This document shows positions 26,992-41,200 of a stretch of 64,000 nucleotides of DNA, piece by piece. A model generated the notes under the pieces. It ran no database searches. It was not told the origin of the DNA and saw only the letters and a list, made by a program, of their open reading frames with translations. The stretch comes from Octopus vulgaris (lineage: Eukaryota): the NCBI GenBank assembly GCA_951406725.2, contig OX597815.1, positions 9,610,001 to 9,674,000 of the forward strand, read 5' to 3'. A program made the position numbers and the translations under genes. How positions within the stretch are numbered: position 1 is the first letter of the stretch; each line of letters starts with the position of its first letter.

Positions 26992-27224
26992 AGGCGGCGA
27001 ACTGGCAGTAAACGTTAGCGCGCCGGGCGAAATGCTTAGCGATATTTCGTCTGCCGTTACATTCTGAGTTCAAATTCTGCCGAGGTCGACTTTGCCTTTA
27101 ATCCTTTCGGGGTCGATAAATTAAGTACCAGTTACGCACTGGGGTTGATGTAATCGACTTAATACCTTTGTCTGTCCTTGTTTGTCTCCTCTATGTTTAG
27201 CCCCTTGTGGGCAATAAAGAAATA
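26992..27224 (+). mobile_element. SINE family B monomer
   Basis: ggcggcgaactggcag head through ccccttgtgggcaataaagaaata tail. Confidence 0.85.
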
Positions 27225-27240
27225 TATATAAATGCATATA

Positions 27241-28149
27241 TATGAGGTCTGATCAATAAGTATCCTGACTGTTGCAATAGTAACAAAGCTAAAGTATGAA
27301 GAGTGAAGCCACTTGTAAAAGATTGACCCTGAACTCTGCTGTGCCTACACACCAAGTTTTAACGTTCTAGCTCACTTCTGCTGTTTACAGCAGTGCTTTG
27401 AAGGAAGGTGTGTAGTGAGTGATCATTGCATTGGCCATGACAGAGAAAGTTGTTATGGTGATACCTGCTCAGACACCTACACAAAGTTGAAGAAAGTGTA
27501 TGGAGAGGAGTGTATGAGCCGCATACAAGTGTACGAGTGGTTCAGACGTTTCCAAGATGGCCAAATAAATGTCAACAGTAGCGAACATTCTGGGAGACCT
27601 GCAACCAGCAGAACTGGGAAAAACATCGCAGATGTGCATGCAGATGTGAGGGGAAATTGTTGAATCACCATCCTTGAGTTATCAGAAAATGTGCGGATTA
27701 ATTATGGTTCAGTTCAGTTCATTATCACAGAAGATTTGGGTATGAGATGCATGTCTACCAATTTTGTGCTAAAAGTACTTTCAGCTGACCAAAAAGACAC
27801 TTGGGTTCCAGTTGCACAAAATCTTTATTATGTTGAGAACAATGAAAACTTTTTGAAAACTTTGCGTAGGCTTCTGAGCAGGTATCGCCAAGCTTTTGGC
27901 AAAATTTGATGCAGATTCTCTGCCCAACTTTCTGTGTCATGGTCAATGCGATGATCACAAGCGACAATTACACACTACACACCTTCCTTCCAAGCACTGC
28001 TGTAAACAGCAGAAGTGAGCTAGAATGTTAAAACTCAGTGTGCATGCACAACAGAGTTCAAGGTCAATCTGTACCAAGCAGCTTTACATTGTGTGCTTCA
28101 GCTTCGTTACTATGGCAACAGCCTGGATACTTACTGATCAGACCATGTA
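27241..28149. mobile_element. Fold-back mariner derivative
   Basis: Long inverted arms starting gaggtctgatcaataagtatcc. Mariner HTH YGEECMSRIQVYEWFRRFQDG...SGRP on the plus strand and the N-terminus QRICIKFCQKLG on the minus strand. Confidence 0.88.
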
Positions 28150-28962
28150 TATGTATATCATCATCATCATCATCATCATCATCATTTAACCTCCATTTTC
28201 TGTGCTGAATGGTTTGACAGGAGCTGGCAACCTGGGGACTTGCACCAACTCCAACTGTCTGTTTTGTCATAGTTTCTATGGCTGGATGCCCTTCCTAATG
28301 CCAACCATTTTACAGAGCGTACTGGACACATCAGCAGAGGTACTTTTTACATAGCACCAGCACAGAGTATTTTCCTGTGGCATCAGCACAGGTGCTTTTG
28401 TATAGCTTCATGTATGTGTGTGTATGTGTGTGTGTGTGTGTATGTATGTATTTATACTGTATTTTAGCTTACTCTCTTTAATGTGTCTGTCTGAGCTTTG
28501 TTTTTCTCATTCTCTCTAATTTTAGTGTTCCTTATAGTCTTTCTTTCTCGCCTTTGATATATTTCCATATTATTTCCTTTATCACCACACTATCAACTCT
28601 TAACCTCCCCTAACATTTCACTGCTCCCCATACATCATATGTCATCTCTTTATCTCACACTTTCATTTTCCCTCTCTTCTTTCTTACTCCTTCTCTCACA
28701 GGGACTTTGCTTCTCTACTTCCTTTTCCTTTTAATATTAGAATATCTTTGTTTATTTGCATGCTTTAATCCCAACTATAATTTTTAATCTTTAATGTTTA
28801 TTTTAGGTTTAGATCTATATTTTATATCCTATTTTAATTTCCTTTTCGTGACATAGTCAATCTTATTCTGTTAATTTTTCACTCATATCTACAGCATATC
28901 TTTGACATATTGTTTTTCAATTCAAACTTTATACATATATATATGTATATATATATATTTAT

Positions 28963-29888
28963 AAATGTAAATTAGAGATAAAACCACTATCATGCAACTC
29001 AAACAGTGATAGACAAACCAAAACATAAATAACAAATAATATATATTTTTATAAAACATATAACTAGATCTCAAAAAGTATAAAAATGAATGATCAATAT
29101 ATAATAAGTAAAAAAACTACGTACGTTTCATGGCTACAATTAAATTCGAATTACAAATATGTTTAAATTCAATTGAAATAAATTCGATTTAATATTCTAG
29201 TCAATCTTCAGGTTAATGATAATAGTTAAATAAATAAGCAAATAGAGTTAAACAATATTTATTTAAAAATTAAATAAAATAATAATTTTTCTTATAGAAA
29301 AAACTCCATTAACTAAATTTGAAACTTAAAACATTAGGATTATTTCCTACAACACATTTATTATGTTAAATATTTAATTTTTAAGGTAAAAAAATAGATA
29401 GAAATATGTATTTATCTTTGAAGATATAATTTGGCTTAAAAAAACATAATAAACTATCAAATATCTTTAACTCAGTTACACTCCAATATTTAATTACCAA
29501 ATTATTGAACAAAATAATCACTATTAATATTTTTAGATTTAAGTTCACGTCTAATAAATATAAAATAATAAATACATAAAAATAAGTATCTAAATTATAA
29601 TCAACAAATATAGTAATTAAAAATCTAAAATTTTCTCTATCAATAAACATATAACCAAATATAAATTATATTATAAATATTAATAAGTAAACATAATTGT
29701 AATTCAAATTTAATTGTAGCCATGAAACATACGTAGTTTTTTTACTTATTATATATTGATCATTCATTTTTATACTTTTTGAAATCTAGTTATATGTTTT
29801 ATAAAATATATATATTTGTTATTTATGTTTTGGTTTATGTCTATCACTGTTTGAGTTGCATAATAGTGGTTTTATTCTAATTTATATT
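28963..29888. mobile_element. AT-rich element with ~200-bp inverted arms (Penelope-like inverted pLTR or MITE)
   Basis: aaaccactatcatgcaactcaaacagtgatagac...cgtttcatggctacaattaaatt is mirrored at about 29688-29888; located in (TA)n. Confidence 0.7.
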
Positions 29889-29965
29889 TTATATATTTAT
29901 ATTGTGAAATTTGATTTAATACTAAATTGAATTTTTCCCTGTAAGTTTGGAGTTATACTCCCTAA

Positions 29966-30010
<45 letters not shown>

Positions 30011-30547
30011 TATATATTTCCATTATAGTTTCAATCTTCACTTACATTCCACTGAATACTGCTATTTTAAAAATTGCCCAATTAGCTTTAAATGCCTATT
30101 TGTTGAACTGGTAATCATGGTAACCATATACACTCACAACTTACTAAAATATTTCTTTACTAGTCTGTATTATCACAACTGTTACACGAAATGCGGAGTA
30201 ACACTTTGTGAAATCTTTTTTGGTTTCAATAAAATGAAATCTATATCATCATCATCATTGTCATCATTTAATATCTGTTTTCATGCTGGCCTTGGGTTTG
30301 ATAGTTTGACCGGAGCTGGCCATCCAGAGAGCTGTCCTGGCACCAATTGCCTGTTTTGGCATGGTTTCTATGGATCGATGCCCTTCATAACACCAACCAC
30401 TTTACAGAGTGCTGGGTGCTTTTAATGTGCTACCATTTTAATGTGGCACTGGAAGGAGTGTAGTTTTAGGAACCATGCCAAAACAGACAAGTGGAGGCTG
30501 GTGTAGGTCCCTGACTTGCCAGTTCCTGTCAAAACATCATTGAAAAT

Positions 30548-30717
30548 AAACATTAAATGATGAGGATGTAAACATTAAATGATGATGTAAACATTAAATG
30601 ATGATGATATAAACATTAATTAATGACGATGTAAACATTAAATGATGACGATGTAAACATTAAATGATGATGTAAACATTAAATGATGATGTAAACATTA
30701 AATGATGTGATGTAAAC
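30548..30717. repeat. 19-22-bp minisatellite aaacattaaatgatgatgt
   Basis: About 8 units derived from the tail of a GAT-tailed element. Confidence 0.9.
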
Positions 30718-31084
30718 GCACGCACACACATATACATGTGTGTGTGTGTGTGTGTTACTGGCTCCTTGCCTTGACATGTAGTTGTGAAAAAAATGTTACC
30801 TTCATACAAGAATGGTCCTTCATCTCCAATCTTTGATGAGAACATGTTTAGCCAAGGGGAAATATTATCTTACATAGAAGCAGGTGAAGGCTGCTTCAAC
30901 AAGTTCTGTCCAACTAATGCATACAAGGAAGAAAGTGATGACGAGGACATTAAAATGATGATGATGATGTACAACATCAGACGTAGTTTGACTGGTATGT
31001 ATTATATGAAGCCTTGAAGGATGACAGGGTCCACTTGGTTAGGAAGAGGAAACAGCAAATAAAGGAGCACAAAGTTCAGAATAA

Positions 31085-31312
31085 CCTATTTCTTTACTAC
31101 CCACAAGGGGCTAAACACAAAGAGGACAAACAAGGACAGACAGATGGATTAAGTCGATTATATCGACCCCAGTGCATAACTTGTTGATAAATTTATTGAC
31201 CCCAAAAGGATGAAAGGCAAAGTCGACCTTGGCGGAATTTGAACTCAGAACGTAGCGGCAGATGAAATACCACTAAGCATTTTGCCCGGTGTGCTAACGA
31301 TTCTGCCAGCTC
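31085..31312 (-). mobile_element. SINE family B monomer
   Basis: Starts acctatttctttactacc; no clear TSD. Confidence 0.85.
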
Positions 31313-31867
31313 GACACCATGTGGTTTCTTGATGTTTATTTATGGCTGAGAAGAGGCAGTAGACATAAACCCTTTTTATGGACATTCAAAACTTGTAGGA
31401 GAAAATAAGGAAGTGGTCCTCAGACAGGAAGCCTTGCGTGAATGCTGTAAACAAAGTGAACTCTTTTAAAGGCATCCAAGGATCTGGTCGGTGGTAGTGT
31501 TGAAGCAGGGAGCGAAATAAGAAACACAAAACTCAGGGGTTATCAGGTATCTTTGTGATTTATTGGCACGGTAACACAGTAATAAGAACAAGGAAAACAA
31601 AAACAAGTCTACATCATAAGTGAAAACAAGGCTGTGGTGGGTGGGGAACACATGTTGGGGCAGTGCTTGGCACTTTGATCTTTTGATGGGTAAATCAATA
31701 AGAGTGGGGATGGGGGTTGGGGGTGGGAGAGGGGGGTAAATATCACAATGATTTTCAACATCTAGAAGAACAACATCGCGTCGGCAACTGTAGTTCATTA
31801 GTTGCTTGATGTGTTGCATTGGAATAATAAACACAACTGCAGAATAAATGATTATACTGCATATGTA

Positions 31868-31909
<42 letters not shown>

Positions 31910-32226
31910 AACTGTGTATAGTGCACATATGTTTGTAAGTATGTGCAACCATGTGTGGTGTATAATATAATATATATGCATGTGTATGTGCAATACATAT
32001 ATATACTAATACATTTATTGAAATACTAATGGATTTACATATGTGTATATGTGTGTGTGTATGTAAATATATATATATATGTGTGTATATATATATATAT
32101 ATGTGTATATATACTTCTACTTGTTTCAGCCTAATGGCTATGGTGCACATATTTACACGCACAAACACACACACAATTTCACAGAGATCTCCATATATAT
32201 ATATATACATACATACATATATATAT

Positions 32227-32274
<48 letters not shown>

Positions 32275-33121
32275 AAATATATATTTACTTGCATTCACCC
32301 ATTTAACACATACACACACACATGTGTGTGCGTATATGTATTTATGTAGACATATACACATACATGCATACATGCTCATATACACAAAGAATAATTAAAT
32401 GCGTTTATGAAACATTCACCAGTTCTAAATAGGTTCTCAACCCAAACTAGAAAGCATGTCTGAAGAGGAGTAGTCAAAAACCAAAAAATATTCAAAGTAA
32501 GAATGGCTTACCAAATCTTCTCTAAGTATACTTGAAGCAGTTTATTATTATTATTGTTACTACTATTATTATTATTATTGTTATTATTTTTATTATTATT
32601 ATTAATGATTTGATAACATGAATAAAACAAAAAAACATTGTTAGCAAAAATATATTGTAGGTGGAGGAATAAAAACGAAAGGTCGGGGTGGAAAGGTCAA
32701 CATCAATATGGTAGGAGAGAAAAGCAAAAATTAATTAGTAATAGGAACAAAAAATTTTGGAGAATAAGGAGAAAGATAAGGAAAGCAAAATGTTATTTAA
32801 TAATCTTTTAAAAAAATCCCAAATATCTTAAATTTGGTCCCAATAAAACAATTTTTAATTCTGAGTTTCATTTCACAACCCTTTTAAATAACAAGAAGCC
32901 AGAGCTCTTTGAAAATAGTTAGAATAATAGAGAGAAAAAAGAGAGGAATAAAAAGAATAAAACATATATATATTAAAAAGCAAAAGGAAAATACAAACCA
33001 ATTGTGATGTTTGAGAAAGGTAAGAACCACTTTATAGAAAGTGCCAGTGAGTTCTAGCAATGACCACTGAAGAATAGAAATGAATATGTGTATGTAGATA
33101 CATACATACATACACACATAC

Positions 33122-33168
<47 letters not shown>

Positions 33169-33237
33169 GGAGTAAGTACATAAATGTGAAACAAGGTGGA
33201 AAAAAGAGTACTCAAATACGAGAGGTAGAGTAATATG

Positions 33238-33404
33238 CTTTACTTAAAAGCAGCAGGAATATAACAAAAGCTGTTACTCAGAGTTTCACATTCCCGTTCA
33301 TTGGACAGTTTTGTTAAACTGTTTTTAACAAAACTGTCCGATGAACGGGAACGTGAAACTCCGAGTAACAGCTTTTGTTATATTCCTGCTGGTTTTAAAT
33401 AAAG
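33238..33404. repeat. Near-perfect hairpin (~80-bp arms) in a Penelope-like fragment
   Basis: cagcaggaatataacaaaagctgttactc...ggacagttttgttaa mirrors ttaacaaaactgtcc...gagtaacagcttttgttatattcctgctg. Confidence 0.92.
33334..33371 (+). ncRNA. Minimal type I hammerhead ribozyme motif (U4C variant)
   Basis: ctgt-CCGATGA-acg(ggaa)cgt-GAAA-ctc(c)gag-TA-acag: stems I, II and III all pair. Confidence 0.6.
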
Positions 33405-33852
33405 TATCGTTTCATTATGTATATATGTATATATGTATATATAAATATATAATACAAACTTACGCTCACACATTTGTGTATGTCTGTACGTGTATAAAGT
33501 GTGTGTATATATCTGTGAGTATACACATAAGTACATGCATAAAAAAAAAATATGTGAAATATTCTCAATTTCAACATTTGGAATTCGAAAAAGGCAGAAA
33601 AAAAACCGGAGATTCTATTTTTGTAGGTAAAATTTTACTTGAGTTTCCTTTCTCTTTGTAAGCTTTTCCGAGAAATATGTATCTGTGTATGCTTGTATAC
33701 CCGTGCATGTAAATGTACGCATATGTGTATATATGGGAGAGAGATGTGACGTCTGTGTATGTATGCGCGTGTGTGTTCGTACGTGTATTTATGTACGTGT
33801 TTTATATATATTTGTACATATATATATATATACATACGCACACATACACATA

Positions 33853-33895
<43 letters not shown>

Positions 33896-34149
33896 AGGTG
33901 TGGGGAAGGAATATTCCGATCCAATATACACATTAGTACACGAATAAGGGACAAACCCAATGCTGAACATAGAGTATAGTACAAATGCGTTTATTGATAT
34001 TCTTACAACAGTTCCACAGTTGTGTCAGTAAACCAAGCAATCACCGAGCATAATCAGAGAATATATATTTCTTTGATGATACTTAATGAATATTCCCATT
34101 GCTGAAATAACCCACGCCCATGTTGTATGAAAATGAATAAATCGCACAT

Positions 34150-35530
<1,381 letters not shown>

Positions 35531-36271
35531 TATCATATGCATTTGTTTATTAAAAAAATTATATATTAGAGTATAACGGTTATATACATATCTATATGTT
35601 AACAAACATGTTTGAGTGTACCTGCATGTAGACACACACATACAACACACAAGTTTATGTGTGCATGTGTTTGTACATCTATATACACATATACACACAA
35701 ACATACACACCTAAATATACAGGTAGATATTGATAAAATTTTAGAGTAACTGGAAGAATTTCTCTTGAAAAATAATAGATATATCTGTGGACAGCTGTCT
35801 ACTGGACAAGTTGCCAGCTATAGGGCTGTAACAACACAGCTCTAGTGCCATAGTTAGTTCTCTGCTGTTTGCAGGTGCCCCAGGAGAGCTGTCTGCTCTG
35901 ACAGTGACAAAAAAAAAAAAAAAACACCAAAATTGTAAGAGAAAAAGGGAAGAAGCAGTGGTATCATGGAAGAGACTGGCTTCTAGCAGATTCTGAAGAT
36001 AAAACTGATGGAGAAGGAAAATAGACAGAGGAAAAGGAAGAAGTTTGGTATTTTTTTTTTTTTTTAGTAGGGAATGGGGGTGGGGTGGGGGATATGCAGA
36101 CTGAGAGTCTGGTAGGGGAGTAGGAGGTTGGAAAAATAACAACAACAATGAAAATGTTTATGTTGGTGGATTTAACAACAAAAATAAAAATTCAAAAGCG
36201 CAATATACATATACATCTGTGTGTGTGTATGTGTGTATGTATGAATATCTATATGTATGGTTGTGTATATG

Positions 36272-36316
<45 letters not shown>

Positions 36317-36319
36317 GTA

Positions 36320-36367
<48 letters not shown>

Positions 36368-36574
36368 CATATATATATACACTTATACATTCATAATTGT
36401 ATGTGTGTGTATACACATATGTATATATATATGTATATAAAGAGATACATATGTATATACATATATATATATACACACACACACACACGTGTTTGTGTGT
36501 GTATGTATATGTATATTTTCGCCAGGTGTTGAATATTTCTAAATTGTCAGCTCATATTGGCATCAGCATCATTG

Positions 36575-36697
36575 TTAATCACCATCCTTAACCGGAGCCA
36601 CCTGATGGACAGCCGATCCATTTCCAAGTGAGTTGGTCCGAGGGAAGGTGGAGGATTCATCACTGAAAAGCGGGTTTTTCACTTCCATCTCTCCAGT
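36575..36697 (-). CDS. NPDC1: NPDC1/CAB-1-like gene, terminal coding exon
   Basis: Acceptor ctttctctgcttacag, then TGEMEVKNPLFSDESSTFPRTNSLGNGSAVHQVAPVKDGD-TAA. Phase 0 matches the upstream exon and completes CPGLAP-TGEMEV(K/R)NPLF. Not present in the ORF track. Confidence 0.93.
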   Translation of the reverse strand, partial: TGEMEVKNPLFSDESSTFPRTNSLGNGSAVHQVAPVKDGD

Positions 36698-36807
36698 CTG
36701 TAAGCAGAGAAAGATAAAAGAAAGTTAAAGAAATCATTTTACAATCAAACCACTCACTTTCACATCAACAACATCCATTTGAGTCATAATAACTTATTTA
36801 TAAAATA

Positions 36808-37181
36808 CTAGCAGTATCGCCCGGCGTTGCTCGGGTTTGTAAGGGAAATAACTATATAAGCATTTTTAGAGAGTTATAGCCAAAAAATAGCAAAAAAATG
36901 CATTAAAAATGGAAAAAAATTATGGTAAATGTTTTTAAAAATCGTTGACTCATCGTAGTTAGAGAGTTACTTCCCTTATATAATAGCGAAAAAAATGCAT
37001 CAAAATGAAAAAAAATGATGGTAAATTGTTTTTAAAATCGTAGACTCATCGTAGACGTGTGCTAATACCCAGAAGGGCTCGATATGAATCACAACTAAAC
37101 TGCACCGCAAAATGTGGGAGTAGTTAGGAATCTAAATCGTAGGAGAAATACAGCACACAAACTCACTTTTATATATAAAGA
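36808..37181 (-). mobile_element. Non-autonomous Helitron
   Basis: On the minus strand: A|TC 5' end, 3' hairpin cccgagcaacgccggg and CTAG|T. Confidence 0.85.
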
Positions 37182-37524
37182 TTTATACAAATTCACAGCC
37201 AAATGGGAGTTTTCTGTACACGCTAACCATGCCAAAAAAACAGCAGCTAAATCTTGAAATTGTTCCCTACTATGATTTTAGGAATGAATGGTACACTGGA
37301 CAATATTCTAAATACATTATTTTTTTTAAAGTCTTTTACTTCATTCAGTCATTTGATTGTGGCTATGCTGAGCACTGCCTCAAAGAGTTTTAGTTGAAGA
37401 AATCAACCCCAGGACTTATTCTTTGTAAGCCTAGTACTTATTCTATCAGTCTCTTTTGCTGAACCACTAAGTTACGGGGACATAAACACACCAGTATTGA
37501 TTGTCAAGTGATGGTGGAGAACAA

Positions 37525-37571
<47 letters not shown>

Positions 37572-39061
37572 GTGGGCTTCTTTCAGTTTCCGTCTACCAA
37601 ATTCACTCACAAGGCTTTGGTCAGTCTGAGGCTATAGTAAAAGATAATTGCCTAAGGTGCCAAGTAGTGGGACTGAACCCAGAACCAAGTGGTTGGGAAT
37701 GTAAAAATGGAAGGTATGGTCACAGCTGGAACACTTTCAATCACTGGTCTGCTGGTGAAGGATGCCCTTGCATTAAACTTTGAGTTCGCAAAGCAAGTTG
37801 TGAATATGTAACCATGGCAAACAGTCAGGGTGGTATGGCAGAAAGCATGGTGGTGTTTGAAAACTGTAGCCTTATATAAGAATCAGAATATGTAAAACAG
37901 GAATCGTGCAGGAACCAAAATTGTAAGTGGATATTGGTACCAGAAAATGGTAAATCATGTTTACGAGATATTTATTTTATTTCTGTATGTAAGTATATAG
38001 ATATGTAAATAAACAGATCAATATACAGACGGATAGGCTATATGAACATACACATATGGAGACACGGATCCACGCATATAAAGATGCACATCCATACATA
38101 CAAACATGGTACATTGTTACATAACACACACACACACACACAGACACACACAGACATGCACACACAAGGAGGCAGAGGTGCATACATATACAAACACACG
38201 CTCTCAAGAAAATACACAAACACGGACATGCAAGCACATAAATATGCAGGATACGTACATGCAGATGCACACATACATACATACATATATACATATGCAT
38301 ATACACACATATATACATACATACATACACATGCAAAAACACATACATACATGCATGCATGCATATGCACATACACACACACACACTGACCCACACACAA
38401 GCGCACAAACAAACAAAAGGGAACGCAATGTAAATAACGGACAGAGTCAAAACTATTGAAAAGGTTGCAAGACGCAACAAAAATTTAAGGGCAATAAAAA
38501 TAAGGAATAAGTGGAAATTTTACCAATGTGTGTGTTAAATTATAAGGCACAAAAAGAAAATGACTCTCCCCAGACACAATAGAACAGAACAAGAGAAACT
38601 AACATACATTATGCTATCTGTACAATTATTTTAGCAAAGTCAAAATCCATTTAAAGAAGCCATCATATTTTACAAATTGGCAGAGTTGTTAGATGGAGTA
38701 TCTTTCAGTACTTATACCAGGAACCTGAATTCTGAGTTCAATTCTCATCAAGATCAATTTTGGCCCTTCCTCTTTACGGGATTAATAAAAAAGCACCCAG
38801 TCAAAGACGGTGGGCTAGTAAAACCAGCAAAGAATCAGATAGGATACCTTACAGTAATTTATTTCATCTCTTAGCATTCTGAGATCAATTTGAGTGGTAG
38901 ATTTAATCTGTCACTCACTTTAACACCACTGCCTGGTCCCTATATGGGCCTTTAGTAGAGTCCACTCTGTGGCGAGTATTTTGGCCAGGCTTCTCTCTTT
39001 CCTTCTCACCAGTCTTGGAGGTTTGTAGAAAGTGTTGTGAGCACTGACTTCCGCGCTGACA

Positions 39062-39590
39062 TTCGATTCCCAGACCGGGCGTTGTGAGTGTTTATTGAGT
39101 GAAAACACCTAAAAGCTCCACAAGGCTCTGGCAGGGGATGGTGGTGATCCCTGCTGTACTCTTTCACCATAACTTTCTCTCACTCTTACTTCCTGTTTCT
39201 GTTGTACCTGTATTTCAAAGGGCCAGCCTAGTCACTCTCTGTGTAACACTGAATATCCCCGAGAACTACATTAAGGGTACACGTGTCTGTGGAGTGCTCA
39301 GCCACTTACACGTTAATTTCACGAGCAGGCTGTTCCGTTGATTCGGATCAACCGGAACCCTCATCGTCGTAACCGACTGAGTGGTTCCTTCCTTCCTCCC
39401 CGCTGACAAAGTGATTAAAAAAAAAATTTTGCTTGTGGCTGTGTGGTAAGTAGCTTGCTTACCAACCACATGGTTCCGGGTTCAGTCCCACTGCGTGGCA
39501 TCTTGGGCAAGTGTCTTCTGCTATAGCCCCGGGCCGACCAATGCCTTGTGAGTGGATTTGGTAGACAGAAACTGAAAGAAGCCTGTCGTA

Positions 39591-39645
<55 letters not shown>

Positions 39646-39866
39646 TTGTGTGTCTGTGTTTGTCCCCCTAACATTGTTTGACAACCGATGCTGGTGTGTT
39701 TACGTCCCCGTCACTTAGCGGTTCGGCAAAAGAGACCGATAGAATAAGTACTGGGCTTACAAAGAATAAGTCCCGTGGTCGATTTGCTCAACTAAAGGCG
39801 GTGCTCCAGCATGGCCGCAGTCAAATGACTGAAACAAGTAAAAGAGTAAAAGAGTATAAAAGAGTA
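39062..39866 (+). mobile_element. Truncated SINE family C followed by SINE family A
   Basis: 39062-39385 matches 17435-17760; 39433-39866 matches family A. Confidence 0.82.
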
Positions 39867-40581
39867 ACTGCAAAATTAAGAAAGTCTGCAGACTCAGAGC
39901 TGAGAGTTGAGAGTTGAACTGCAGAATTGAAAGAAAATTGTGTCGAAAAGGAAGATTTATACAAGATCGTTTAAGGAATAAAATAGCTGCAACATAAAAC
40001 TGAGGCAAGCCATGAAGGAAAAACCTAGACATCATTGTTGTTAAATCTGCTAGAAACAACGAATCACATTCCACCGCTTTAGAAAAGGACACGAATATTG
40101 CGAATCTGATTTCCTTGCAAAGAGGTAAAAGGTGGTGGTGGTGGTGGTGGTGGTCACAGCTGGAATGTTTTTGATCACAGATCTACTTGATCATGGTTTG
40201 TCTTGGGGCTATATATACTCCAACAACAGTGTTCTGAAGCAATTAAAGTAAACAACCAACTGAAAACAGCAATTGTAGATAATTGTTAGTTTTGTGAATA
40301 GAAAGTTTGTTATTTACAAAGCTGTTAGCTTTATTTTCTAATATCGGGTTAGAATTATAGAGAAAGAAAGCCTGAAGGTGTCTGAAGTAATTCCTGTCAA
40401 TTACATTAGAGAAAATAAATGGTCTTTTCTCTAAATTGAAGTCAATAATGATGAAACATAAGGTTTTGTTGTAGACGTTTCTCAAAAATTTTATAATCAA
40501 TAAGAGATTTGGGAAAATATCTTTAAATGTCCCCTTTAGAAACACAGATGAGATTTCTTTTGTGACAGTATGCTCATGTGT

Positions 40582-40618
<37 letters not shown>

Positions 40619-40769
40619 TGTGTGTATTTAGTAAAGTATTTGTGCTTGTGAAAAGAATCTTCAAACTAACCAATTTTGTTGAAACAAAAATAAATTCTGA
40701 GCCATATATATGTCAGAGCATGTTTGTGTATTACTGTGTATGGCAAAAACGTATGGTATAGTGTATGAC

Positions 40770-41200
40770 AATGGTCTCAAGAATTTGTCTTATAAAGAAA
40801 GGCTGAAGACGCTCGACCTTTATTCTCTAGAAAAATGCCGCTGCCGTGGTGATCTCATTCTCGCTCACAATATCATAAGCGGAAAGTGTAACCTCTCGAA
40901 AGAGCTGTTCTTTACTCCTGCTCCAGAGCGTCGGCTGCGGGGTCATTCCGAAAAGCTCTACCTGCGACGATTTCATCTCAATCGAAGGAGAGGAGCTTTC
41001 TCCATCAGGGTTGCGGATCTGTGGAACAAGCTGCCAGACGAGGTGGTGAAGATGCCGACGACCGCTTTGTTCAAAGTCTCCCTTGACCTCAAGTGGCCTG
41101 AACTCTTTACATGAACACCACCCTGTACTTAACTCCATGTCCCCCTACATGGCCTTGCTTTTTACTTTTGAGCCAAAAAATTAACTAACTAACTAACTAA
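40770..41200 (+). mobile_element. CR1-like LINE 3' end
   Basis: LSYKERLKTLDLYSLE..RGDLI...LRGHSEKL...FSIRVADLWNKLP; (CTAA)n tail. Confidence 0.88.
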
